This document shows, piece by piece, positions 27,240 to 40,878 of a DNA stretch of 64,000 nucleotides. How positions within the stretch are numbered: the stretch's first letter is position 1; every line of letters begins with the position of its first letter. The notes below the pieces were generated by a model that was not told where the DNA came from, searched no databases, and saw nothing but the letters and a program-made list of their open reading frames with translations. The DNA comes from Octopus vulgaris (Eukaryota), in assembly GCA_951406725.2 (NCBI GenBank), contig OX597831.1:50530001-50594000 (forward strand), written 5' to 3'. Made by a program: the position numbers and the translations under genes.

Positions 27240-28509
27240 TTGTGTGTTGGTGTGCGTGTATGTGTATGCAAACTCTACCTATATGGGCGTGCCTTTGGTA
27301 ATGCCTGGAAATTATGTTTGTCCTGTAGTGTAGGAAGTATTCTTGTATTGTGCTAATATCGTCACCTCTACCACGACTATTGCGCACGTTGCTAACACTA
27401 ATAACCATGATGTACATGATACTGGTGTTTCCATCAATAATGTTCTTGATGAAGACACAAAGTGAATAACTACATTTCAAATTGCTCATACACGTATTCT
27501 GATTATTGGCGCAGCTCTTGTGATTGGTCAGGCTAAGCCGTGGAGAGTAGATTTTTCTATCCATCTAGTAATGTTGTATAAGTCCACATTCATAAAAAGC
27601 CGCTTTCATTATCCCACCAATAAAAGCCGAAAATATTTCCGAGTTTATCCTTAAATGTAACCAATTTGCCTACACAAATTGTACAAAGATTAGCACACAG
27701 AGTAGATTCACCGGGACTATAAATTTTTCTCAATGTTAATTTAATGAATACAAGAATGTTCTGTCCGTTTATTTCTTTTCTTTTTTTGTTTACTAGCGAG
27801 TCAGTAGAGTTTATAATGGCAACGTGCATTCATCCGTCATTTAAGAAAGATTTGGTATTCATTCTGTAACATGCTCCAGCCATTTACACTCGACGTACGC
27901 AGCTGAAATCTCCGACATGTTAAGGCCTGTGTTTCGTTTGTCACTCACATCCATATTAGTCTTATATTATTCTATTCAAAACCACATACTAATCCAATGC
28001 AATCCACCATTTGTATATCCAATCTCCATACTTGATTTCAACCTAGTATTCCGAAGTAGAAGTATATTCTCATTTATAACTATTTTTCTGATTGCTAAGA
28101 TAGACATACATACATAAGTACTTACCTATGCACATATATATGCACACAGTGACATACACACGAAAACAAACACACCCACATGCACATGCAAACACATGGG
28201 CAGATACATAGATAAATAGATAGAGACAGACAGACAAGTAGACAGACATAAGGGCCGATAGACAGATACGATGATTATAACGAAGGTAATATGAAAATGG
28301 ACTGGCATCGTGTATATTGTTGACATAAGTCCTACGCATAACACGAGTCGGATATATATGAGGATGTGTGTATGCGTTTACATATATACACACACACTCA
28401 CGAACGCACACACACACTCAAATATATGCACATATACATACACACACACGCGCAAACACAAGCATACACACAAAAAAAATTACTAGGTATTGAACCTCTA
28501 ATCGCTACT

Positions 28510-29500
28510 TAGACAACTGTATAGGTGCCACCTCCCTCTCCCGTCAACAACTCTCCCACTTCATTTCTTTCCTTTCTAACTTCCACCCCTCTCTCCAATT
28601 TATTTCTACCATCTCTAACATCTCGGTTAACTTCCTTGATATCTCTCTTAGCATTGACCTCCCCTCCCACTCTCTCACCACCTCCGCCTTCTTCAAACCC
28701 ACAGATTCCCACCGCTACCTCAACTTCTCCCATCCCTTCCACACCAAACGGGTCATCCTCTACTCACAGTTCCTCCGCCTCCGATGCTTATGCAGCCGGG
28801 ACCAGGATTTCAAGACCCAGTCCCAATTCCACCTTGACCGCCTATTCATGCATCGAGGATAACCTTCAACCCTAGTCCAAATCGCACGTGCACGCGCTCG
28901 TCGAATCCATGGCACCATCACCCTCTGCCCCCCACACCAACCCCCTAACTGCACCCACTTTCTCCTCCTTTTCCACACCTCCACCCTACCCCTTCGTCGG
29001 AGCATCCTACGGGCCTTCCGTCGTCTCCAGCTCGATCCCACCACCCGCTCCATTTTTCCCAGCCCACCCATGTCCTCCTTTAAAAGCGCCGGGAACTTAC
29101 ACGATCTACTGGTCCGTAGCATCTTCTCCTCTTCCCCCCAGCCCCACCTGGATCCTTCCTGTGTTCCTGATCCCGCTGCCACACCTGTCCCTTTATCACC
29201 AACACTACCTGGTTCCAACCAGCATATTCTTCACATCAGAAATTCTTTCTCTTGCACCTCTTCTAACCTCATATACTATATTAGATGCAACCTCTGCGGT
29301 AATCTATATGTAGATCAAACGGATCGCTGATTGGCCGACCGGTTCACCGAACATCTAAGGGGTTTTCTGCTGCGTTCGAACATCCCTGTTGCCCGTCACT
29401 TCCGCTTAGTCAACTCCGTCTTTGGCCTCACTCCGCACCACGGATCCGCACACTCGCGAATCCGCCTGGAACAACTATGCTCTTCGGACAAAACACAACA
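28510..29500 (+). mobile_element. Penelope-like element (RT C-terminus + GIY-YIG endonuclease), degenerate
   Basis: VNFLDISL, FKPTDSHRYLNFSHPFHTKRVILYSQFLRLR, NSFSCTSSNLIYYIRCNLCGNLYVDQTDR*LADRFTEHLR, PVARHF. Confidence 0.9.
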
Positions 29501-29644
29501 CCCTCCTCCTAATGGCTGTCTCTACAACCTCCTGCAACATAGCACTTTATTACATTTTTGTTTTTTATTGCGCCATTTTATATTAACTTCTTTACCCCCT
29601 ATCAACCTTTTTTATTATAATTTATTACATTTTATTTTATTTCC

Positions 29645-30718
29645 ATATACACGCACACATATGCACATACACGGGCATATACACACACACACGAAAAAAT
29701 ATACGCACCCGTGCACACACATGAACGCACATATACCTCCAACACACATACTACACACATACATGCACATACACACAAATTACATCCACACATACAAACA
29801 TACACACACGCATATACACACGTACACATGCGTATACACGCGCATACACACACATGCCTATATACACACTCATACACCTACGCGCACACACATCCATGCA
29901 GATACACCTCCCTCACACACCACACACACAACACGCACACACAAGGCACACACATGCACATACGCTCATACACACACACGTGCACACACATAAATACATG
30001 CACATACACACACACGCACGCACATATACACACGCACACACCGATACATACACACACTCGCACATGTACACACACATACGTCCTACACACACAACACACA
30101 CACAGACACGCACACAATTACACACATAAACATAAGTACACACGCATGTAAGCACACGCACACACAGGAACAAGATATACCTCCACACAACTCCCCACAC
30201 AGCTCCACGCACACACGCATAAAGAAACTCACACATACACACAAATATACGCACATATACATACACATACACACACGCAATATATACATATACGCACACA
30301 CATACATACACCGACGCGCACACACATATACACAAATACACACGCAGGCACACACACGCACGCGCACACATGCACACATACATACACATACACGCACACA
30401 CACGCACACATAATATATACATACATGCACACATACATACACACACGCACACACTCATACACACATATCCACACACTCACTCACACACATGAGCACACAT
30501 ACACACGAATGCTCACATACCTAATACTCACAACCCCACGCACACACGTACACACATCCACATACAGAAACACATGTACACACCCTCACACGCACACACA
30601 TACACACATACGCACATACACCCACACATGCACACATAGAGTAACGCACATCTGCTCCACAGACAGCCCCACACACAAGCCCACGCACACACGCATACAC
30701 ACGTACACACACATTCAT
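29645..30718. repeat. About 1.1 kb degenerate (CA)-rich low-complexity tract
   Basis: Direct reading. Confidence 0.95.
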
Positions 30719-30748
30719 AAACTATGGCCTCGGTCATACAAGCTCCAT

Positions 30749-31200
30749 TTAGCGGGAACAACCGACTTCATTTTGTTGTTTTTGTGTATTGTGTGCAATT
30801 ATATTTTTAAAGTTATTAATAGAACTAAAACTAATTTTTATATTATGTCTATTAACGAGCCTCCTATAATAATTATTGACTGGAAAATGCCTATCTATAA
30901 GTGATAAGAAATATCTACTTATACTAAAGGTCATTTCGGGGAAGTAAGGTGTTGTGAACCAGATAATCTTTCTGTTCCCATTCTTCCTCCTCTTTATTTC
31001 TGCACTAATAACAGCTCTATAGGTTATTTCCTCGCTAAAACCACCATTTTTTAGAGCTTTATTATGTATTCGGGCAATACTATTAGAGATGTTTATATCG
31101 GAGGAGAGTCTAGAAATTATCTTGCTAATGTTTTTAGCTAAATTCTTAAACATAATGGGAGGATGGCAGGAACCTACATTAATATAGCCAAGTCAATGGT
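30749..31200 (-). mobile_element. Penelope-like element fragment (post-RT linker)
   Basis: HPPIMFKNL..ISRLSS...RKIIWFTTPY...FLSLIDRHFP...NRHNIKISFS matches the PLE 'IIWFNPPYS...LIDKHFP...KVSYSC' pattern. Confidence 0.8.
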
Positions 31201-31239
31201 TGGGTGTTCTATAGCGTGTGTAAATTTTCTTATTTAAAT

Positions 31240-31590
31240 CTAAATTTTCCAAGTTTAGGAACCTTTCCAAGTTGTTGAAGATGACGATTAACAGTTGTAT
31301 GGTTTGAACTAAGCTTTATTGCCAATTCTTCAACTGATGATGCAGGATTTTCTTCAAGTAATGCCTCTAGGAGCTTATCTTCAAACTCAACTGCACGTCC
31401 TGATCGATCTTCATCTTCAAGGTTGAAATCTCCACTTCTGATTTTTGCAAACCGTCTTCTGCAAATTCTTTCATTCAAACATTCTTTCCCATAAACTGAG
31501 TGCATGTTTCGAGTCGCTTCGGCTGCAGAGTTTCCTTTTTTTGTACACATAAAGCATTATGTACCTCAAATGCTCTTTGGATACTTCCAT
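31240..31590 (-). mobile_element. Mariner (Mos1-type HTH) transposase 5' fragment
   Basis: ATG at 31590; MEVSKEHLRYIML, then KKGNSAAEATRNMHSVYG...RSGDFNLEDEDRSGR...HLQQLGKV. Confidence 0.9.
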
Positions 31591-31656
31591 GTTAGAAAGG
31601 GTTTTAGTCAAAGAAATTTTAATTTTATTATTCTGTAAAATAATATTTAATTAATA

Positions 31657-31838
31657 CAGTTCTATATTTAAGAGATGAGGAATTATGTACATTATTTATA
31701 TTTCACGGATATTTGTCCTCATCTTGTTTGTTGTTGACACAACAATTCGGCTGTCTTGGGGAAATTTTTCGAACCTGGGTTCTCATTCCTAAGGTATTTT
31801 TTGATGTTATAATAATGATAATAATAATAATAATAATA

Positions 31839-31884
<46 letters not shown>

Positions 31885-31955
31885 TCGCTGCTTGGAATCG
31901 AACTCAGAATCTTGGGGTTAGTAGCCCGCGCTCTTAACCACTACGCCATATGCCC
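31657..31955 (-). mobile_element. Solo element: tRNA-like head + (AAT)n + PLE terminal sequence
   Basis: GGGCATATGGCGTAGTGGTTAAGAGCG...GTTCGATTCC; the rest matches both termini of the PLE at 34672-36062. Confidence 0.8.
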
Positions 31956-32266
31956 ACACTGTCATATGACCCCCCACCCCCAACGGTCATATGAGTTAGC
32001 ATCAAGATATTTCAATTGCTAACTGTAAATTATTTCCTGTAAGAGCCAGACAACAATAATTCTTTCGAAACGTTTTTTTATAGAACCAAACAATAAAGCC
32101 AAATTTTCTTTAGAATTTCTCAGATTCAATTAGTCTAGTACAATATTATTTTAAAAAATTATAGAAGTATTCATTAAAATTATGAGAACTTGATATAGAT
32201 TATAATTAAATCTTTTTTCCATGTTTTTTAACTTTGCTAGTACACAACAATCTATCTTTTATATAT

Positions 32267-32354
<88 letters not shown>

Positions 32355-32743
32355 CCTATATGTATGTATGTGATTCGATTAATTAATTTAGATATTTATA
32401 CAGAATGCGTTAAAGTAAAACTACCGATTAAGTATAGAATCTGGAATTAAACAAATTATTGAAACAACTACATTCATATTATAGACATCGATAAAACACC
32501 AGATGTATTCAATAAAACAGTTTTGATTGGCATTCCCCAAAATTAACTTTTAATTAAAAAACAAGATAAGCAATTTTCGTTTCATTGCAGAAGTAAGCAG
32601 TTTTGATGGAATAGATAGATAAATAAATTTAAGAATACTCCTATCAGCTTCGTTTTTTTTTTCTAGTATGATATCATTTATTGTATAATAACTACTAACT
32701 GAGAACTAATAATCATAAAAGCACATACTGTTAATGCAATAAA

Positions 32744-33375
32744 CATTTTATCATTAATTAAAATCTTAGGGTAGCAAGAATATTCATAGAAAAATTCTTA
32801 GTTACCAGTGGTCTAGCGAGAAAGAAAAAATTAGTCAATAGACTATATATTATTTAAAGAAGAATACAGTGTACGTTAAAACACAAAAGAATAGGATATC
32901 TGACTTGCTAGAAAGAGCAGTTAAAACTCCAAGCCACCAATTGTTGTAATTCCGAAAGTGATTGGAAAATAAAAACTTTTACTTTAATCCTAGATCCTGC
33001 AAGGTTTCTGCAGACTTAAATACAGACTGAAATAAAGTAACCTCAGCCTATATCTGGCGCTGCTTCTTCAGTAGGTTGCCAGGACTGAACACATAGGCAC
33101 GGAGCGATAAATAACCCGGCACGTGTCTATAGGTTCTAATTTTTCGAATCTACCGCGCAGAAGCGGAACTCAACACTAAAAACATAAATTGCCGATTTTC
33201 TTCCAGAATTAGCCAAAAAACATTTTATCAATAATTAAAATCTTAGGGTAGCAAGAATATTAATAGAAAAATTCTTATTTTCCAATCACTTTCGGAATTA
33301 CAAAAATTGGTGGCTTGGAGTTTTAACTGCTCTTTCTAGCGAGTCAGCTATCCTATTCTTCGGGTATCTCTTTTG
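32744..33375 (-). mobile_element. Non-coding hammerhead-bearing retroelement (retrozyme-like); 477-bp unit + 60-bp terminal redundancy + 5' inversion, 15-bp TSD
   Basis: Direct repeat 32741-32800 / 33218-33277; 33277-33360 is an inverted copy of 32887-32970; TSD tgttaatgcaataaa at 32729-32743 and 33376-33390. Confidence 0.75.
32989..33075 (-). ncRNA. Type I hammerhead ribozyme motif
   Basis: Reverse complement: CCTA-CTGAAGA-A-GCAG..(long G-U-rich stem)..CTGC-A-GAAA-CCT-TGC-AGG-ATC-TAGG; stem I CCTA/TAGG; one extra A in stem III. Confidence 0.75.
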
Positions 33376-33760
33376 TGTTAATGCAATAAAGATACAACCC
33401 GCATCCGTCTGTTTAAGCAAATATAAACGGTTCGTATTGGAATTCGCAAGCTCCAAAAAAATGTGTTTACCCACTCGCCTGCAAATACACAAATACGATT
33501 GTTAATACAATGACTTTAACCAACTTCAAATTAATCCACCTAGACTGTACACCATGTTACCGCTCTAAGCACGGGATACTATATCGGAAAATTAGGTTAA
33601 TATAATCGTAGCTGTCTAGTAAGAAGCTTGCTCTTTAATCACAAAGTACCGGATGCCGTCCCATTGCGTGGTGCCTAGGGTAAGTGTCTGCTACTATAAC
33701 CTCAAGTCGACCAAAGGCGTGTAGGTGGGTTCGATATACGGAAATGTATGTATACACATA

Positions 33761-33925
33761 GGCGCAGGCGTGGCTGTGTGGTAAGAAGCTTGCTCCTCCA
33801 CCAAATGTCCCCGGGTTCAATCCCACAGCGTGGCACCTTGGGCAAGTACCTTCTACTATATGCTCAGGCCCAGCAAAGTGTTGAGAGTGGATCTGGTAGA
33901 TGGAAACTTAAAGAATCCCGTTGTG

Positions 33926-33985
<60 letters not shown>

Positions 33986-34242
33986 CATATACATATATAA
34001 CATGTATATATCCATGTGTATGTCTTTGTGTCTGTGTTTATCCCTCCATTATCGCTTGACATCCGGTGTTGCTGTGCATACGCCCCCGTAAGTTAGTGGT
34101 TTTCAACAAAATAGATTGATAGACTAAGTAACAGGCTGAAAAATAATAAGTTCTGTAGTCGATTTATTCGACAAAAAACCCTTCAATGTGGTGCTCCAGT
34201 ATGGCCACAGTCAAATGACGGAAACAAGTGAAAAAGAAAAGA
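33761..34242 (+). mobile_element. SINE family A, preceded by a decayed head at about 33605-33745
   Basis: ggcgcaggcgtggctgtgtggtaagaagc...accttgggcaagt...(TA)n...gacggaaacaag. Confidence 0.85.
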
Positions 34243-34252
34243 AGGATATATA

Positions 34253-34387
34253 AGCGCAGGCGTGGCAATATGGTAAGAAGCTTGCTTCCCAACCAAATGG
34301 TTCCGGGTTTAGTCCCACTTCGTGGCATCTTGGGCAAGTGTCTTCAACTATAGCCTCAGGTCGAACGGAAACTGAAAGAAGCCCGTC

Positions 34388-34448
<61 letters not shown>

Positions 34449-34650
34449 TGTACGTCTGTGTTTGTCCCCTTACCATCGCTTGACAACCGTTGCTGGTGTA
34501 TTTATTTCCCTGTAACTTAGCGGTTCGGGAAAATAGAATGATACAATAAGTACCAGGCTTGCAACGAATAAGCCCAGGGATTGGTTTGTTCGACTAAAGA
34601 TGGTGCTCCAGCATGGCAGCAATCTAATGATTGAAACATGAAAGATAAAC
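34253..34650 (+). mobile_element. SINE family A, tandem copy with internal deletion
   Basis: Same head, core and tail as other family A copies. Confidence 0.85.
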
Positions 34651-34671
34651 GATTAATATATCTGAAAATTA

Positions 34672-36062
34672 CAGTTCTATATTTAAGAGAAGAGGAATTA
34701 TGTACATTATTTACATTTGACGGATATTTGTCACGTTTCGGCACTATCGGTGATTCAAGATAAACTAATGACAGACACCCATCTAAAAGAACGCACTAGT
34801 ATACCAATAAGAAACTTGATGGAAATGTTGACATTCTGTGTAGAATCTACCAACTTCAGTATGGATGCTGATATATATATATCGGCAAGAAGTGACTTTA
34901 GATATGGGATCGCCATTATCACCGATAATAGTCAATATATACATGGAATACTTTGAGAATTTGGTTTTAGGATCAACACCACTAAAACCAATCCTATGGC
35001 TGCGATATGTTGATGACACCTTTATACTCTGGCCCCACCAGGAAGATGTCCAAGTGCTGTTAGATCATGTGAACGCAATAAAGCCATACATACAGTTCAC
35101 AGTGGAAAAGGAAAAATACAATCAACTAGCATTCCTGGATGTATTAATAACACGCACCAAGTATGGATTCAGGACATCCGTATACTGCAAGCCGACCTTT
35201 ACTGGACGATACCTCAAGTTCAATTTCCACTATCCATACAGTGTAAAAAGATGGATTGCTGTGTGCCTAAAACATCGTGCAAAGAATATAAGTAGCGATC
35301 GTGATGCACACCACGAAGAAATGATCAAGCTCAATAACAATCTAATAAGCAACAACTACCCCCAAAACGTACTACCCACTCCAATTATGAAGAAAAGAGA
35401 TCAAGTCAATAAACTGTCCACAAAGGCCTCTCCGAAAAGATACAAAAGATATGCGGCCCATATGGCATCAGAACAGTATTCAAGACTAATAAAACACTTC
35501 GCAAATATCTCCTTCGAGCAAAACCACCAATAGAAGAGAATATGACCAAAGACTGCGTGTACTCCATGCCATGCAGCTGTGGTAGGTTATACAAAGGCGA
35601 AACATGCCGCCCTCTCAAAATAAGGGTAGACGAATATCGCAAAGCTGTGACACGAGGAGATATAGATAAATCGGATATAACTGATCATGTATGGAAAAAT
35701 GGAGACCACCTCACCCTGTGGGATGAAGTTAAAATAATAGACAGAGAACACCACTGGAAAATACGAACATTAAAAGAAGCAGCACGTATGCTAGGACACA
35801 ACAGCCTCCTAAGCAGACCGAGTGCAGATATGACTAGCATATGGGAACTGGTATTAAGGAAGGATAGAAAAATATTTGATTAATAAACCTTAAAAATTCA
35901 CTCCATAATTGCCCACGGGCATATGGCATAGTTGTTAAGAGCACAGGCTACTGATTCCGAGTTCGATTCCATAATAATATCAATAATAATAATAATAATA
36001 ACAACAACAACATCGAAAAATACCTTAAGAATAAGAAACCAGGTTCGAAATTTCCCCGTCAA
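34672..36062 (+). mobile_element. Penelope/Poseidon-type PLE, 5'-truncated, with inverted terminal piece and 12-bp TSD
   Basis: MGSPLSPIIVNIYME, WLRYVDDTF, LAFLDVLI, VYCKPT; GIY-YIG CVYSMPCSCGRLYKGETCRPLKIR; TSD atctgaaaatta at 34660-34671 and 36063-36074. Confidence 0.93.
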
Positions 36063-38394
36063 ATCTGAAAATTAGGCTAAAATTCTTGGATGGGCGTCTC
36101 TTTGAGGGCAATTGTCTACTATTTCTGACAAAGCAATCGACCAAATGAAAGCACTTCATTACTTGAGAGTTTGTATGAATGGCATGTAATTGTTTGATGG
36201 ATGCGTGTAATAGACTGTTGTGTGGGTGTCAGGCACTCAATGGTAAAAGATAATTTTCAGAAACCGACTGATGGTGGAGTAGTCGTAGCTGTCGCTGTTA
36301 TTGCTACTGCTGCTGTTATCGTTGGTATTGTAGTTATTGCTGCTGTTTTTCTTTGGGTTTTTTTTTGTTTTTTTGTCGTTATTTCTTACTACTATTATTT
36401 TTTTCTTTTTCATGTAACCCTGAACGATGAGCAACGACATTTCACCAACAATCACACACTTTTTACACTTATTTTTTATTCTGACAAAATGTATCCAGGA
36501 CTACATTATTTACTGTACCATTCCTTTCATTCGATTTTTTATTATATGTTTCTTTCATTTTCTTAAAGACGATGTCATGTGATAATGTAATACAAGATAG
36601 ATTTGACCGTTATTTCAAATATTTCTAGCGATCTTATTCAGGTTTTCTTCTTTAAATTATAGTCACTGGTGCAGTCTTTTGCTGTTGCTGTTGTTGTTGT
36701 TTTTGTTGTTGTTGTTGTTGTTGTTGTTGTTGCTGAGGTTACTACTGCTGATGTCTTTGTCATTGTTAATATTGTTAACAGCATCATGGCCGTTGTCACA
36801 GTCGTGAAATACCTATTGTGCAAAGATGGCTATGTTTTTCATTCTTCAATCAGACACTAATTCTGAACGCTTCTAATTTTCTGTCAATTTAATAGAACCA
36901 GACTTTCTCAGATCTTAGGCATCTGTTCATCCATTGCTGCCTGTTTGGAATCTTTAATCTCTCTCTCCCTTTTTTCCCTTTCCCTCTCACTCCCTCTCGT
37001 TCTCTCCTTCTCTCATTCTATATATTTGTGTGTGTGTGTGCGTGCGTGTGTGTGTGTGTGTGCATGTGTGTGTGTATGTGTATGTGTATATATATTTACG
37101 TATCATGAAACACCTCAGATAATGGTCATAGTGTCTTACCCTTAATTCTATATTGATTTTAATATAATTCCACACATTGAAATTCAAAACAATGATATAA
37201 GTTAGGGTAAGTTGATTTTAGAACTGTAATGTTGGTCTAGTCTAGATTACTTTAAAGTAATCCTAGGTACTACCTACAAGACGATGAAGCTAGTAATAAC
37301 CTGGATTATAACTAACTGCTTGTACGGTAGCCGCCTGGATAATTTATCCTTATATATATGCGTACACACAAATATATATATATATATATATATACATATG
37401 TGCATACATAAATGTGTGTGTATGTGTGTGTAAATAGCAAAGATTTCATTCTACAGGAAAAAAAAACATTATTTACATTGTCCCTAAATGAAAAAAATAT
37501 AGTTACTGATTACCTTTAATCCTATAAAAATATAATTATCTTTACCATTTTTACCATCATTTTCATCATTGTCATCATCGTCATTATTATAGACAGCACA
37601 CCACCATAATCCTTATCCGAGGAACACCGATATCTAAATTCAATGCACTAACATCAAAACTTAGAAAAATTGGCCCATTGGTGAAGCCTTTCTATTTTAT
37701 CGCTCGATTTACTAGAAATAGACGTCCGATTCACTCACATCCTAACCTGCCGTCTTAAAAATATAAACAACTACAAAAACATATTAAACTATATATTCTT
37801 TAGACAAGCCCGTCCAACAGAAAATTTGAACGAGATGGGAATGCATTGGATGATATGTCTGTTCTATCACGATTCACCTGGAACTGAACAGCAGTAATAA
37901 CAACAATAACAAGTACATGAACAACGATAACAACATCGTCGACAACAACAACATCACACCAACAAAAGTCCGCTCAAAATTCAGACATTTACATACTTAT
38001 AATAACTAAAGTCTCTTTAGATTAATATTTGTCTCGTCATACGGCCGATGGTCGGCTAAGTCGTTAAAATATCAAAGAATTAGTTTACAATATTTACATT
38101 TACACAGGTTTCCTCGTCTTATTTGCTAAAATAGTTCTGAGAACAAGTTTGTCTTATAATCCTCTTGATTACTGGAATGCTTTTATTAGTTTGTTCACGA
38201 ATCTCAAATCTGTGGATTTCTGTCAATGATGGAAATGAATAGTAATTTAGTTGTATTTCGTTACGTTCTCATTCCACCGAGTTTGACTTCGTTTTCCATT
38301 ATATTTTCCTGTTTAGTGTGGGCGGCGCGGCTTCCAACTTAAATATGTCTTTCTAGTACATCAAACAAAATGCACATTGGCATTTCTTCCGGCC

Positions 38395-38760
38395 TTACGT
38401 TTTGGATTCAAATTTCGCCGATATCGATTTTGCCTTTCCTCCTTTCAGAGACTATGTAATAAGTATCAATTGAACACATGGGTCGATGTAAATGACTTGA
38501 CCCTCCCACAAAATGACAGGCCTTGTACCTACAGTAGAAATGATTAATATTATTTCTAAGGGGTCGAGCTCCTAGAATCATGAGCACATAGGTCAATATG
38601 CTTAATGGCATTTCCTCTGAGTTCAAATTGCTCCGAGGTCGACACTATCTTTTGTCCTTTATGAGTCGATAAAATAAGCACCAGTTTAAAAATGGTGTCG
38701 ATGCAATCGACTAACTCTCTCCATCTACAATTATTGGCCTTGTACAGAAGTTTAAGATAT
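38395..38760 (+). mobile_element. Two decayed SINE family C-related copies
   Basis: ttcaaatt..gccga..tcga.tttgcctttc and ccgaggtcgac...gtcgataaaataagcaccag motifs. Confidence 0.6.
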
Positions 38761-38813
38761 TGTTAATATTAGTATTATTATCAGTTGTTTCATCATCATC
38801 ATCAGCAGCAACA

Positions 38814-39140
38814 GCAATGGCCCAGTGGTTAGGGCAGCGGACTCGCGGTCGGAGGATCGCGGTTTCGATTCCCAGACCGGGCGTTGTGTGTGCTTATTGA
38901 GCGAAAACAAATAAAGCTCCACGAGGCTCCCGCAACTTTCTTTCACGCTTTCTTCCTGTTTCTTGTCTCCGACTTCCTACGCAACTGCTGAGCCTGGATG
39001 CGCATTCATCCATCCGTCGATGCTCTCGGTGTCGGTGGCGGGGATAACCTGCTTTCTCTTCTGCGGGTTTTACGAATAGCAAAGGACCACATTTCGGACT
39101 TCTCCCATCTTGCGAGCTCTGGGACGAAGACCGTTCTCTC
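38814..39140 (+). mobile_element. SINE family B, tail type 3
   Basis: Family B head, then a distinct tail ending gggacgaagaccgttctctc; lies within (CAG/CAA)n. Confidence 0.85.
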
Positions 39141-40829
39141 AACAGCAACAGCAACAGCATGAGCAGTGTTGTAGATAGCAGAATTCTCAAGTCGCCGGTC
39201 AAAAAACATTTGCCTATGTAATTACATCCGCTGTATACTTCATCTGTAATACAGTAGTGGTTAAACCGTTGTCTTCTATTCTTTATGTCATGATAAAACA
39301 CGCACCAGTTGTAGCTGCTTCGTCTATTGTAAGGAAACGACGTAGAATCTTTTCTTTATTGGTTAGAACTGCCCATCATATAATACAAAGAGTCTCATGC
39401 CAAAATGTGTTGCAAAATTAGAGGTATGCATAATCTCGTTGTGAAATATTATGCAGATTATGACACAAGTAACCCTTTAGTGATTGCTGGTAAAACTTAT
39501 GTGGCACCTAGGCTTTCTGCTTTCCACTGCTAAAAGTAAGTCTTTTAACTGGTTAACATGCACCCTTGAAACCTTCGTAGTCGGAAATGCGGTGAACCGA
39601 TATCTACTCTGTTGGAAATCTGCAACTAAGGATACTTTTATTCATGCAATGTGACATGAAATGCATAAAGAAAGTATTTCACTCCTTTAGCTTGGTGGTG
39701 TGTCGATTGGAATATCCCTGCCCTTTTTCTCCTGTTTGGAGTGACGGTTCAGCTACTTCACAAATAGGTAGCACAAGTCAACAATCACGAGCTTGAGTAT
39801 AAAACTATTTTCATTGAAGAAGTATAGTTTGAGCAATTTGGTGACACATTATATTTACTAATGATATAACGATTCACAGCACCCTTAAACACATGAAAAA
39901 TTATTCTTCCTCTGTCCCTTTGAATTAATGGGGCAAAGAATGATATATTTAGTGAAGCCTGATATCTTTAATGTACAGCTTTGAAAAGGAAGAAAAATTA
40001 ATTCGAGCACAACAATATACAAAGTCAGCACAGAAATACGCCGAAGAAGAAACTATACGATGTGGTTATCTCTTAGAGAACATAAAGTGTATATAGAAAG
40101 TTTTTAGCATTTGTATTATTCTCGGATTTACCTCTTTTATTCAATGTGCAAAATCAATTCATAACCACTGGATAGATACACGAGATATGTATTTCTTGCA
40201 CCTTTGTTTTAAAGTATAAGTGTTGCTGTCTATTAAGAGACAGTGACAAAGGAACCGCTGACAGGTATAATATAAATATTTCTAACTTATGATATCCGGG
40301 AATAGACATGATTCACTAAATAAGGAAGAGTTAAGTCTCGATTAAGTCTATGACAGTCAACAATGCAACAGGCAAACAAAAAGCAACAATATCATTAAAT
40401 ATAAAACACAAAAATAAGATAAAGATAAAAAAGCAAGTATTAAATACATCCATTAAAAACTTATTTCAAAGCAGAGGAACTACTGTTTTGTTTGTTTATT
40501 TCTTTTTCGCTAAAAATCCAGCTGACGGTTTACATATACGAATTTTTTACTTCCTGAAGTCATTTCCGTAGACCAGAAACATAGCTATTACTTCACTATA
40601 GAAATGACAAAAGATATTCTTTTAAAATAAAATTTACAATCATTCATCATCAGGAAGGAAAGGTATCTCCACGTCGTACGTAGGTGTATGTAAGATAATA
40701 TACGTACAGAAATCTGTGATATATATATATAAACATGTGTGTATGTGGCTTTGTGTCTATATGTGTTATATATATATAACACCACATATAGACACAGACA
40801 TGTACACACGTATGTTTATATATATCTGC

Positions 40830-40878
<49 letters not shown>

